Shown here one piece after another: positions 1-9,623 of a stretch of 16,257 bases of DNA (position 1 is its first letter; each line of letters starts with the position of its first letter). The stretch lies in sequence record NZ_CP011653.1; one strand, written 5' to 3'. The notes under the pieces were generated by a model that ran no database searches, was not told the DNA's origin, and saw only the letters and a program-made list of their open reading frames with translations. A program made the translations under genes and the position numbers. Source of the stretch: a plasmid.

Positions 1-11
1 AGAGAAGATTT

Positions 12-368
12 TTAGATTTTATATAAAATAGCAATATTATCATTTGTCAGAAGATCGGACAGAGCCATACATTCAAGAACCACAATACCCGTCCCTGCCA
101 ACAAACTGGCATCAGATATCTTATCGAAGCTGATAATCATCATTGGCTTGCGTTGTGTTAAATCAAAGATTACTAATGGTAGTATTACACTGTTAATTGA
201 TTCAAATTCTTTAAAGAAAGCATCAGAGCCATACTCACTGGCAGGAAAAAGAATTTCACTCAATCTGATCCCATAAAAAACATGATAGTTTTCTTTGAGG
301 TTTTCCTTTAAAATATTAATAGCTTTTGCGTATTTATCATCAATAAACTCTTTTACATCAAACTTCAT
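12..368 (-). CDS. Hypothetical protein, 118 aa from the ATG at 366-368. The ORF track extends it to a TTG at 405-407.
   Basis: Long open frame in AT-rich DNA. A strong SD (GGAGG, minus strand at 373-377) lies 5 nt upstream of the ATG. I recognise no known domain. A perfect 16-bp palindrome sits just upstream. Confidence 0.5.
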   Translation of the reverse strand: MKFDVKEFIDDKYAKAINILKENLKENYHVFYGIRLSEILFPASEYGSDAFFKEFESINSVILPLVIFDLTQRKPMMIISFDKISDASLLAGTGIVVLECMALSDLLTNDNIAILYKI

Positions 369-413
369 AAATCCTCCAACAAGAACCGACTGTAGGTCAC
401 CGGGCAAACGAGT

Positions 414-429
414 AAAATGCTAGCATTTT
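414..429. promoter_or_regulatory. Perfect 16-bp palindrome AAAATGCTAGCATTTT. It lies between the bis-like gene end and the start of the 118-aa gene. It is a candidate operator, or a weak terminator for the pir-bis operon.
   Basis: Read directly from the sequence. The dyad is centred on GCTAGC, about 40 bp upstream of the SD of the downstream minus-strand gene. Confidence 0.35.
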
Positions 430-541
430 GCGGCGTTTGCCCTATCCTGCATCGCATTGAAAAGAACTCACATCGCGCACTATGCTAAACCGATGGTATA
501 AGGCAAACATGCACAGTGCAAGCAGGCAGCTTGCGACTGGT

Positions 542-985
542 TCACCGCGACTCATCATCAGGTGTCTCCGTGCTTGCTTCTTTCGCATCAGGAACCAGGA
601 GACGATACCACGGCATTTTTTTGTTTATCATCTCCATTAGGGGAGTGGCAAACAAACTCAATCCCCACAGGCTTACGATAACAGGGATCGTGAAATTATG
701 TGGCGTCCAGAACTGGCGCTCAAGGTGAAACCATGTGACGACACAAACCATCCCGCCAATCCAGAAAATAGCCTTACTGAAAGCCCCCAATACAGCCAGG
801 GTAATAACAGAAACTACATGCAGTGCGCCAGCTGTGACAAGGCGAAGATAAAAACAGAACCATTTAACGTGTCGGATAAACGGATTGCCCGTTTTTACTC
901 TACGTTGCTTTTTACGTTCCCTGTCAATTTCATGCCTTAGTTTGTCTCGCTCTGCGCCCAGCGGGAAATCATAGATTTTAGCCAT
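542..985 (-). CDS. bis: Small integral membrane protein, 147 aa. Position and size fit R6K Bis (beta-origin initiation protein), immediately downstream of pir.
   Basis: Starts 8 bp after the pir stop. A GAGGTGA SD overlaps the pir stop codon, indicating translational coupling. Two hydrophobic segments are present. The N-terminal motif MAKIYDFP recalls small proteins encoded beside rep genes on enterobacterial plasmids. The bis assignment is by synteny with R6K, not by alignment. Confidence 0.55.
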   Translation of the reverse strand: MAKIYDFPLGAERDKLRHEIDRERKKQRRVKTGNPFIRHVKWFCFYLRLVTAGALHVVSVITLAVLGAFSKAIFWIGGMVCVVTWFHLERQFWTPHNFTIPVIVSLWGLSLFATPLMEMINKKMPWYRLLVPDAKEASTETPDDESR

Positions 986-993
986 AACTCACC

Positions 994-1908
994 TCATTTC
1001 TTTTTGGGTGGTACTTTTCTATCAAACTCCTCAAGAAAAGCAGAATCATCATCGTCAAATAACTCTATAGGAAAATCAGAGCCTGATTCGGCAAATTTAT
1101 CTTCATCTATAGCGTATTCAAATCGTAACTTACTAACTTTCCTTCCTTCTTTTTCATCGACAACGCAAGACAGGAAAGTCACCTCAGTTTTTTCTTTTAT
1201 TTCTTTGATGGCCTTATTTATTACCTCTCGCTTGAATATAGGGTACTCTGGATACTTATATATAATATCTCCATTATCATCAATATTGTAAGCAATAAGT
1301 TCATCCTTCAACTCTTCCAGAGATAGGCTAAATGAATTTTTCCCTTTAAACGTTGAGTAATTCTTCCTAATTAACTGATACAATGACCACGAATACTCCC
1401 CTCTCAATTTTAATGAGGACGCAATTAGTTGTGTTGTGAATTTATTTTCCGCCCCAATTAATCTTGATATATAAGGCGTGATAGTGTATCCAAATCTTAG
1501 AATTACAAATCCCTCATTTTGGTTATATGCACAATAATCAGTAATCGATAAGTCAAGGCGGTCGATGTTTTTTGAATTTGGAAGACCAAGTTCCTTTGCT
1601 AATTCCTTCATATCATTCCCCGTAAGGGAAAGTTTACTGACATTTAACAATTCAGCACCTTCCTTGACTTGCTTATAAGCAACAGAAGGATGTATTCCGG
1701 CTATCTTTGCGTACATATCAGCCCGAATTTTAAAGGTCTGCCCCATTCTCATTTCTTTTTTTGGATCAACATAAACCAAGGCCAGACACAGAACCCTTTT
1801 GGCTGCCAATGGAAGTTGAGCCAGAGTTTTATTTATTTCGTTCCTGTGACGAATCTTCGTTTTTTCAGTTACATTTTTCATAACTTTTATTCTCATAAAA
1901 CCTCTCAC
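994..1908 (-). CDS. pir: Rep_3-family iteron-binding replication initiator, pi (pir)-like as in R6K/IncX.
   Basis: The protein (…KTKIRHRNEINKTLAQLPLAAKRV… and a C-terminal VPPKKK) closely resembles R6K pi. Iterons lie adjacent. The true start is probably an internal ATG at 1896 or 1881. An AGAGG motif precedes the ATG at 1896. Confidence 0.88.
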   Translation of the reverse strand: MRGFMRIKVMKNVTEKTKIRHRNEINKTLAQLPLAAKRVLCLALVYVDPKKEMRMGQTFKIRADMYAKIAGIHPSVAYKQVKEGAELLNVSKLSLTGNDMKELAKELGLPNSKNIDRLDLSITDYCAYNQNEGFVILRFGYTITPYISRLIGAENKFTTQLIASSLKLRGEYSWSLYQLIRKNYSTFKGKNSFSLSLEELKDELIAYNIDDNGDIIYKYPEYPIFKREVINKAIKEIKEKTEVTFLSCVVDEKEGRKVSKLRFEYAIDEDKFAESGSDFPIELFDDDDSAFLEEFDRKVPPKKK

Positions 1909-1940
1909 TAAAGAGTAGCCACATTAACATGATGAAGTTA

Positions 1941-1982
1941 TTTTTTCCATCATGTTTATTCGCATTTATCATCATGTTTGTC
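1941..1982. repeat. Two 22-bp iteron copies next to the pir start, probably an autoregulatory operator.
   Basis: The sequences ttttccatcatgtttattcg and cgcatttatcatcatgtttgtc match the iteron consensus cgcattt-N-catcatgttt-NNt. Confidence 0.6.
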
Positions 1983-2105
1983 CGCTTAGCGACTCAGCTA
2001 AACCAGACAGGCTCCAGCCAATGTGCTCATAAAACGCACGCCTTGATGACTTCACATACAAAGATCTTCAGATATGAAGCTTTTAAATCAAGCTGTTAAT
2101 AGCGT

Positions 2106-2237
2106 CGCATTTTCCATCATGTTTCGTCGCATTTTCCATCATGGTAAAACGCATTTTTCATCATGCCTCGTCGCATTTCCCATCATGTTTAATCGCATTT
2201 ATCATCATGTTTCGTCGCATCCACCATCATGTTTAGC
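2106..2237. repeat. Six tandem 22-bp iterons forming the core of the origin, gamma-ori-like.
   Basis: Units start at 2106, 2128, 2150, 2172, 2194 and 2216 with exact 22-bp spacing. Each matches cgcattt(t/a/c)(c/t)catcatg(ttt)…. Confidence 0.85.
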
Positions 2238-2342
2238 TTATTTTTCCTATATATATCAGATAATTAAAAACCTCTAATTCTTTAAGATCTTTAAGAAAAG
2301 AAAATATATATAAGGCTTTTAATGCACAGTACCTGTGGATAA
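2238..2342. promoter_or_regulatory. AT-rich DNA-unwinding stretch with a consensus DnaA box (TGTGGATAA at 2334-2342) flanking the iterons.
   Basis: The block is more than 80% A+T and runs ttatttttcctatatatatcagataattaaaaa…. The 9-mer is TTATCCACA on the complementary strand. Confidence 0.65.
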
Positions 2343-2439
2343 CTCAGCATAAACCCAGAGGATAGATCCTTCTAACCTTCGGAAGTTGGAGCAAAACATA
2401 AGGTGTTCATATTTTAGCCATTGAGTGTACGTGCTCTCT

Positions 2440-2560
2440 GTCAGAGCAGCAGATATTCCGCTTCCTCGCTTTGGCTGTTCGTTCCTCGTCGCTATGCTCC
2501 TGCGGTACGCCTCAGCCAAAGACTGCGGCGAGCGGTGCCGTCTCTCGATCACCTAGGTCT
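2440..2560. other. GC-rich island with motifs identical to the ColE1/pBR322 primosome assembly site region. Candidate ssi/PAS element.
   Basis: ccgcttcctcgct (2458-2470) and ctgcggcgagcggt (2523-2536) are exact matches to the pBR322 segment just past ori (…CCGCTTCCTCGCT…GGCTGCGGCGAGCGGTATCAGC…). The local GC content contrasts with AT-rich surroundings. Confidence 0.35.
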
Positions 2561-2675
2561 GAGAAAAGGTGAGAAGAATTTTAACTCAAAAAAAAGAGAT
2601 GTTTTAAACTGTTAAATCAAAGAGATACATTGAGCAAAGATAACTTAAAAGTAAGATGATTTTTAAGTTATGCGT

Positions 2676-2712
2676 AAAAAACGGGAAAGGATCGTGGAGT
2701 GATCCTTTTTAG
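2676..2712. terminator. Bidirectional rho-independent terminator.
   Basis: Stem AAAGGATC (2686-2693) pairs with GATCCTTT (2701-2708) around a 7-nt loop. T5 follows on the plus strand and A6 at 2676-2681 gives a T-run on the minus strand. Confidence 0.55.
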
Positions 2713-2760
2713 ATCCAGCACTAAAACGCACTCAGAAGCCCTCAGAGGCGTTTTAAGTGA

Positions 2761-2797
2761 GTTTACCCCGACGAGGGTTCAGCAGAACGGGGTAAAC
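2761..2797. repeat. Perfect 10-bp inverted repeat GTTTACCCCG / CGGGGTAAAC with a 17-nt spacer. It is the core of a longer imperfect palindrome of roughly 2738-2822.
   Basis: Read directly. The flanks continue to match at about 18 of 21 positions (cggggtaaacNcNcttaNaac on both arms). Confidence 0.5.
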
Positions 2798-3019
2798 CCG
2801 CTTAGAACAGCATACAGCTCGTTTAACGTAACAAGCTGGAAATTGACCAGGAGTGAACTCCGCTTACATGGGATGCCAGCAAAATTTTACGACCGGCAAT
2901 GATGGCCAGTTACTTTTTGCTGGCTATTGTCGCCCAGCAGCTGGCGGCCTGATTGTTTTTTTGCTGTCAGAGTTCGTCAGGCATCAATTGGTTTCAGCTA
3001 CTCGCCACGTAATGCGCTG

Positions 3020-3277
3020 CTAACGCACCTCATAACGCGCAGATACAGCGCCCCGCGCCAGTGCTTCACACTGCCCCGGCGTACCGTTCGCCAGCTCACG
3101 CGCTAACTGCGACAGGCTAAACGCCGTCTGATAGTCAGAAATTGGCTTAGCAGGGGAGAGGAGGTTATTGCTCATATCCAGGCTTGTTGGTTCGCCAATA
3201 CTGGCGAACGTCCCCGGCGCGATGTAACGAGTATGCAAAATGTGACACAGTTCGCGCCTCTTTGAAACACGGTTCAA
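3020..3277 (-). CDS. Hypothetical 85-aa ORF in a GC-rich patch. The start is a TTG. Coding status is doubtful.
   Basis: The ORF is in the supplied track only. I recognise no homology. The partition-type operator boxes lie 20-40 bp upstream of its start on the minus strand. Confidence 0.2.
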   Translation of the reverse strand: MNRVSKRRELCHILHTRYIAPGTFASIGEPTSLDMSNNLLSPAKPISDYQTAFSLSQLARELANGTPGQCEALARGAVSARYEVR

Positions 3278-3280
3278 CAG

Positions 3281-4674
<1,394 letters not shown>

Positions 4675-4682
4675 CCACTACA

Positions 4683-4885
4683 GGAACAACGTGATTGAAT
4701 GCGATCATGGCAAACTGAAACGGATAATCGGCGCCACGCTGGGATTTAAATCCATGAAGACGGCTTACGCCACCATCAAAGGTATTGAGGTGATGCGTGC
4801 ACTACGCAAAGGCCAGGCCTCAGCATTTTATTATGGTGATCCCCTGGGCGAAATGCGCCTGGTAAGCAGAGTTTTTGAAATGTAA
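4683..4885 (+). pseudogene. tnp26: C-terminal 67 codons of IS26 transposase Tnp26, 5'-truncated.
   Basis: The translation …NNVIECDHGKLKRIIGATLGFKSMKTAYATIKGIEVMRALRKGQASAFYYGDPLGEMRLVSRVFEM is identical to the C-terminus of the full copies. Confidence 0.9.
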
Positions 4886-4937
4886 GGCCTTTGAATAAGA
4901 CAAAAGGCTGCCTCATCGCTAACTTTGCAACAGTGCC
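4683..4937 (+). mobile_element. Truncated IS26, a 255-bp 3' remnant that retains the right inverted repeat.
   Basis: Identical to the equivalent segments of the two complete copies, 8336-8590 and 12901-13155. It ends with TTTGCAACAGTGCC at 4924-4937. Its 5' boundary is exactly the right end of the IS911-like element. Confidence 0.9.
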
Positions 4938-5259
4938 TAAAATAAGCCTTATATCCAAGCATAAAACAAGGTTGTCTAGACTTCTTTTAACAGTAAAGTT
5001 ATCATAAAACTGAATTTTATTTTTTAGGTAAGTTTATGCATTCTATCCGCATTCGTTAAGACACAACTATTTGCATAGTGACACTATTTTATAATGGTGG
5101 GCTTTTGTTGTGTCTTTAAGAATATATGCGGATATATAAAGTAAAAGTATGCTTAATTTATAAGTATGCTTTTAGTGCATAGTTTCCAGTTATAACTTAA
5201 TTGACTAGCTATTTGTCCACCCTGTGGATGAATAGCTTTTTTTTTGGGAGGACACTGTG

Positions 5260-5283
5260 ATGCTAGCTTTTGTTTTCACCTAA
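5260..5283 (+). CDS. Putative 7-codon leader peptide MLAFVFT upstream of msr(E). Candidate for macrolide-dependent translational attenuation.
   Basis: GGGAGG SD at 5246-5251 with 8-nt spacing to the ATG. The stop lies immediately before a hairpin that occludes the msr(E) ribosome-binding site. Confidence 0.45.
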   Translation: MLAFVFT

Positions 5284-5285
5284 AT

Positions 5286-5325
5286 CCTGTTTGCTGCATA
5301 AAAAATTTCAAGAGCTAAACAGGAG
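5286..5325 (+). promoter_or_regulatory. Attenuator hairpin that sequesters the msr(E) Shine-Dalgarno sequence.
   Basis: CCTGTTTGC (5286-5294) pairs with GCtAAACAGG (5314-5323) with one bulged t. The 3' arm overlaps the GGAG SD at 5322-5325. Confidence 0.45.
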
Positions 5326-5334
5326 TAAATAAAA

Positions 5335-6810
5335 ATGAGTTTAATTATTAAAGCGAGAAACATACGCTTGGATTATGCTGGGCGTGATGTTTTGGATATT
5401 GATGAATTGGAAATTCACTCTTATGACCGTATTGGTCTTGTGGGTGATAACGGAGCAGGAAAGAGTAGTTTACTCAAAGTACTTAATGGCGAAATTGTTT
5501 TAGCCGAAGCGACATTACAGCGTTTTGGTGATTTTGCACATATCAGCCAACTGGGCGGAATCGAAATAGAAACGGTCGAAGACCGGGCAATGTTATCTCG
5601 CCTTGGTGTTTCCAATGTACAAAACGACACAATGAGTGGCGGAGAGGAAACTCGTGCAAAAATTGCTGCCGCATTTTCCCAACAAGTACATGGCATTCTA
5701 GCGGATGAACCAACCAGCCACCTTGATCTCAATGGAATAGATCTACTTATTGGTCAACTTAAAGCATTTGATGGAGCATTACTTGTTATCAGTCATGACC
5801 GATATTTTCTTGATATGGTTGTAGACAAGATATGGGAGTTAAAAGACGGTAAAATTACGGAATATTGGGGTGGTTACTCGGATTACTTGCGTCAAAAAGA
5901 AGAAGAGCGACAACACCAAGCCGTAGAATATGAGCTGATGATGAAGGAACGGGAGCGATTAGAATCTGCTGTGCAAGAAAAACGCCAGCAAGCTAATCGA
6001 TTAGACAATAAGAAAAAAGGAGAAAAATCCAAAAACTCTACCGAAAGTGCTGGACGACTTGGGCATGCAAAAATGACTGGCACCAAGCAAAGAAAACTGT
6101 ATCAGGCAGCTAAGAGTATGGAAAAGCGTTTGGCTGCATTAGAAGATATTCAAGCACCAGAGCATTTGCGTTCTATTCGTTTTCGTCAAAGTTCAGCCCT
6201 AGAACTGCACAATAAGTTCCCGATTACGGCAGATGGTCTGAGCTTAAAATTTGGTAGCCGTACTATCTTTGATGACGCTAACTTTATAATACCGCTTGGC
6301 GCTAAAGTCGCTATAACTGGATCGAATGGAACAGGGAAAACGTCCTTGTTAAAAATGATATCAGAACGTGCTGATGGATTAACCATATCTCCAAAAGCTG
6401 AAATTGGCTACTTTACACAAACAGGATATAAATTTAACACGCATAAATCTGTGCTCTCCTTTATGCAGGAAGAGTGCGAGTACACAGTTGCGGAAATTCG
6501 TGCAGTATTGGCTTCAATGGGGATCGGAGCGAATGATATTCAAAAAAACTTATCCGACTTATCGGGAGGTGAAATCATCAAACTGCTTTTATCCAAAATG
6601 CTTTTAGGAAAATATAATATTTTGCTTATGGATGAACCAGGAAACTATCTTGACCTAAAAAGTATTGCCGCATTAGAAACAATGATGAAGTCCTATGCAG
6701 GAACTATTATCTTCGTATCTCATGACAAGCAATTGGTCGATAATATTGCTGACATTATCTACGAGATCAAAGACCACAAAATCATCAAGACTTTTGAGAG
6801 AGATTGTTAA
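5335..6810 (+). CDS. msr(E): ABC-F ribosomal protection protein Msr(E), giving macrolide and streptogramin B resistance.
   Basis: 491 aa with two ABC ATPase cassettes (Walker A GDNGAGKS and GSNGTGKT, signature LSGGE). It lies immediately upstream of mph(E), as in the known msr(E)-mph(E) operon. The sequence matches my recollection of Msr(E). Confidence 0.93.
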   Translation: MSLIIKARNIRLDYAGRDVLDIDELEIHSYDRIGLVGDNGAGKSSLLKVLNGEIVLAEATLQRFGDFAHISQLGGIEIETVEDRAMLSRLGVSNVQNDTMSGGEETRAKIAAAFSQQVHGILADEPTSHLDLNGIDLLIGQLKAFDGALLVISHDRYFLDMVVDKIWELKDGKITEYWGGYSDYLRQKEEERQHQAVEYELMMKERERLESAVQEKRQQANRLDNKKKGEKSKNSTESAGRLGHAKMTGTKQRKLYQAAKSMEKRLAALEDIQAPEHLRSIRFRQSSALELHNKFPITADGLSLKFGSRTIFDDANFIIPLGAKVAITGSNGTGKTSLLKMISERADGLTISPKAEIGYFTQTGYKFNTHKSVLSFMQEECEYTVAEIRAVLASMGIGANDIQKNLSDLSGGEIIKLLLSKMLLGKYNILLMDEPGNYLDLKSIAALETMMKSYAGTIIFVSHDKQLVDNIADIIYEIKDHKIIKTFERDC

Positions 6811-6865
6811 TGATAGCCAATCTAATCCGAACATTAATTATTGAACTCTTTAAAGGAAATTAAAA

Positions 6866-7750
6866 ATGACAATTCAAGATATTCAATCACTTGCTGAAGC
6901 ACACGGCTTGTTGCTTACGGACAAAATGAATTTCAATGAAATGGGCATTGATTTTAAGGTCGTTTTTGCTCTTGATACAAAGGGGCAACAATGGTTGCTG
7001 CGTATTCCTCGTCGTGATGGCATGAGGGAACAAATCAAGAAAGAAAAACGCATTTTAGAATTGGTAAAAAAACATCTTTCTGTAGAGGTTCCTGATTGGA
7101 GAATTTCATCTACAGAATTAGTGGCTTATCCCATACTTAAAGATAATCCTGTTTTAAATTTGGATGCTGAAACCTATGAAATAATTTGGAATATGGACAA
7201 AGATAGCCCGAAATACATAACATCTTTGGCAAAAACCTTATTTGAAATCCATAGTATTCCTGAAAAAGAAGTTCGGGAAAATGATTTGAAAATTATGAAA
7301 CCTTCAGATTTAAGACCTGAAATAGCAAACAATTTGCAGTTAGTAAAATCTGAAATTGGTATAAGTGAGCAATTGGAAACCCGCTACAGAAAATGGTTGG
7401 ATAATGATGTTCTATGGGCAGATTTCACCCAATTTATACATGGCGATTTATATGCTGGGCATGTACTAGCTTCAAAGGATGGAGCTGTTTCAGGCGTTAT
7501 TGATTGGTCAACAGCCCATATAGATGACCCAGCGATTGATTTTGCTGGGCATGTAACTTTGTTTGGAGAAGAAAGCCTCAAAACTCTAATCATCGAGTAT
7601 GAAAAACTAGGGGGTAAAGTTTGGAATAAACTATATGAACAGACTTTAGAAAGAGCAGCGGCCTCTCCTTTGATGTATGGTTTATTTGCCTTAGAAACTC
7701 AAAATGAAAGCCTTATCGTTGGAGCAAAAGCTCAGTTGGGAGTTATATAA
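6866..7750 (+). CDS. mph(E): Macrolide 2'-phosphotransferase Mph(E).
   Basis: 294 aa with an APH-like kinase fold and motifs HGDLYAGH and VIDWSTAHIDDPAIDFAG. A 55-bp gap separates it from msr(E), and its SD is AAGGAAA. Confidence 0.92.
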   Translation: MTIQDIQSLAEAHGLLLTDKMNFNEMGIDFKVVFALDTKGQQWLLRIPRRDGMREQIKKEKRILELVKKHLSVEVPDWRISSTELVAYPILKDNPVLNLDAETYEIIWNMDKDSPKYITSLAKTLFEIHSIPEKEVRENDLKIMKPSDLRPEIANNLQLVKSEIGISEQLETRYRKWLDNDVLWADFTQFIHGDLYAGHVLASKDGAVSGVIDWSTAHIDDPAIDFAGHVTLFGEESLKTLIIEYEKLGGKVWNKLYEQTLERAAASPLMYGLFALETQNESLIVGAKAQLGVI

Positions 7751-7770
7751 TTTAAAAATATGATTGCTGA

Positions 7771-8590
7771 GGCACTGTTGCAAATAGTCGGTGGTGATAA
7801 ACTTATCATCCCCTTTTGCTAATGGAGCTGCACATGAACCCATTCAAAGGCCGGCATTTTCAGCGTGACATCATTCTGTGGGCCGTACGCTGGTACTGCA
7901 AATACGGCATCAGTTACCGTGAGCTGCAGGAGATGCTGGCTGAACGCGGAGTGAATGTCGATCACTCCACGATTTACCGCTGGGTTCAGCGTTATGCGCC
8001 TGAAATGGAAAAACGGCTGCGCTGGTACTGGCGTAACCCTTCCGATCTTTGCCCGTGGCACATGGATGAAACCTACGTGAAGGTCAATGGCCGCTGGGCG
8101 TATCTGTACCGGGCCGTCGACAGCCGGGGCCGCACTGTCGATTTTTATCTCTCCTCCCGTCGTAACAGCAAAGCTGCATACCGGTTTCTGGGTAAAATCC
8201 TCAACAACGTGAAGAAGTGGCAGATCCCGCGATTCATCAACACGGATAAAGCGCCCGCCTATGGTCGCGCGCTTGCTCTGCTCAAACGCGAAGGCCGGTG
8301 CCCGTCTGACGTTGAACACCGACAGATTAAGTACCGGAACAACGTGATTGAATGCGATCATGGCAAACTGAAACGGATAATCGGCGCCACGCTGGGATTT
8401 AAATCCATGAAGACGGCTTACGCCACCATCAAAGGTATTGAGGTGATGCGTGCACTACGCAAAGGCCAGGCCTCAGCATTTTATTATGGTGATCCCCTGG
8501 GCGAAATGCGCCTGGTAAGCAGAGTTTTTGAAATGTAAGGCCTTTGAATAAGACAAAAGGCTGCCTCATCGCTAACTTTGCAACAGTGCC
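7771..8590 (+). mobile_element. IS26, an IS6-family element of 820 bp. Complete copy 1.
   Basis: Left inverted repeat GGCACTGTTGCAAA at 7771-7784 and right inverted repeat TTTGCAACAGTGCC at 8577-8590. The flanking 8-mers attgctga and cctgcgtg do not match. There is one substitution relative to copy 2, gctAatgg versus gctGatgg near position 51. Confidence 0.95.
7834..8538 (+). CDS. tnp26: IS26 transposase Tnp26, 234 aa.
   Basis: The protein is MNPFKGRHFQRDIILWAVRWYCKYGISYRELQEMLAERG…VFEM. The ORF track begins 6 codons earlier at an in-frame ATG. Confidence 0.95.
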   Translation: MNPFKGRHFQRDIILWAVRWYCKYGISYRELQEMLAERGVNVDHSTIYRWVQRYAPEMEKRLRWYWRNPSDLCPWHMDETYVKVNGRWAYLYRAVDSRGRTVDFYLSSRRNSKAAYRFLGKILNNVKKWQIPRFINTDKAPAYGRALALLKREGRCPSDVEHRQIKYRNNVIECDHGKLKRIIGATLGFKSMKTAYATIKGIEVMRALRKGQASAFYYGDPLGEMRLVSRVFEM

Positions 8591-8895
8591 CCTGCGTGCG
8601 CTGCTGCCATGTCCACTACCTGACGCCGGTGATGGTGATGGCCTCGCCGGAGCGGGAATTTCTTAACCTCGACGAATTTAGACGATCGGCGGGCGAGGGG
8701 ATGTCGTGGCAAGGTCCGCCTTGCGCTGCTCCGCAAGGGCGACACCAGCGGGTTCGTCGGCGGCCACGCCTAGCGCGACCGCAACCAAGCGTCGAAAAAG
8801 TATACGCTCGTCACCCGCCGTCTCCTGTGCTGAGAGTCTCAGGCCGATCGGCCGGCAGGGCTCAATGTCAGCAAACGCGTGATGAGCGGTGGCCT

Positions 8896-9174
8896 TCAAC
8901 AGTGATAAGGCGGCACCAGAGAAAAATCACTCAGGGTCAATGCCAGCGCTTCGTTAATACAGATGTAGGTGTTCCACAGGGTAGCCAGCAGCATCCTGCG
9001 ATGCAGATCCGGAACATAATGGTGCAGGGCGCTGACTTCCGGTGCCAGCAGATATTTTGGCAGTTTGCCTTGGATCAGAGCCATCTGACGCAGGGCTAGT
9101 GCAGCCGGATAGTCAATAGCTACCGGCAGCGGTGCGGACTGTTGTAACTCAGAATAAGAAATGAGGCCGCTCAT
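8896..9174 (-). CDS. Hypothetical 92-aa ORF in the pSC101-type DNA downstream of tetA. Possibly a fragment of a tyrosine-recombinase-like gene.
   Basis: The sequence is co-linear with the pSC101-derived part of pBR322/pACYC184, which carries the ORF starting MSGLISYSELQQS…. The segment …LLATLWNTYICINEALALTLSDFSL resembles the start of an integrase catalytic domain. The protein is far too short to be functional. Confidence 0.3.
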   Translation of the reverse strand: MSGLISYSELQQSAPLPVAIDYPAALALRQMALIQGKLPKYLLAPEVSALHHYVPDLHRRMLLATLWNTYICINEALALTLSDFSLVPPYHC

Positions 9175-9623
9175 GGCGTTGACTCTCAGTCATAGTATCG
9201 TGGTATCACCGGTTGGTTCCACTCTCTGTTGCGGGCAACTTCAGCAGCACGTAGGGGACTTCCGCGTTTCCAGACTTTACGAAACACGGAAACCGAAGAC
9301 CATTCATGTTGTTGCTCAGGTCGCAGACGTTTTGCAGCAGCAGTCGCTTCACGTTCGCTCGCGTATCGGTGATTCATTCTGCTAACCAGTAAGGCAACCC
9401 CGCCAGCCTAGCCGGGTCCTCAACGACAGGAGCACGATCATGCGCACCCGTGGCCAGGACCCAACGCTGCCCGAGATGCGCCGCGTGCGGCTGCTGGAGA
9501 TGGCGGACGCGATGGATATGTTCTGCCAAGGGTTGGTTTGCGCATTCACAGTTCTCCGCAAGAATTGATTGGCTCCAATTCTTGGAGTGGTGAATCCGTT
9601 AGCGAGGTGCCGCCGGCTTCCAT

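Noticed and set aside
516-1911. Plus-strand ORFs 516..728, 698..940, 1004..1291 and 1669..1911
   Set aside because: They are antisense to the pir and bis genes and have no SD or homology support.
2074-2277. 67-aa plus-strand ORF across the iteron array
   Set aside because: Its repetitive protein sequence is an artefact of translating 22-bp tandem iterons. The region is an origin, not coding.
2699-2902. 67-aa plus-strand ORF over the terminator and palindrome region
   Set aside because: It spans the hairpins and has no SD. Structured non-coding DNA explains this stretch better.
5040-5175. Motifs upstream of msr(E) resembling the partition operator box: ttaagacacaac (5058-5069), gttgtgtctttaag (5109-5122) and gacactat. 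A 10-bp direct repeat aagtatgctt occurs twice.
   Set aside because: The matches are only 7-8 nt of a low-complexity AT-rich motif and are plausibly coincidental. The inverted pair may belong to the msr(E) promoter region. I do not consider this evidence of ParG control.
5421-6607. Small ORFs 5421..5732, 5892..6086 and 6186..6386 (minus strand) and 6404..6607 (plus strand) within msr(E)
   Set aside because: They are embedded in or antisense to a confidently identified ABC-F gene.
7819-8361. 180-aa minus-strand ORF inside IS26 copy 1, and the matching 229-aa ORF at 12237..12926 in copy 2
   Set aside because: These are antisense to the Tnp26 gene. Such spurious open frames are well known in IS26. 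The second copy merely reads through into flanking DNA.
8578-9099. 173-aa plus-strand ORF starting inside the IS26 right end and running through GC-rich pSC101-type DNA
   Set aside because: It begins within the IS26 inverted repeat, has no SD, and is not co-linear with any known gene in the pSC101-derived region.
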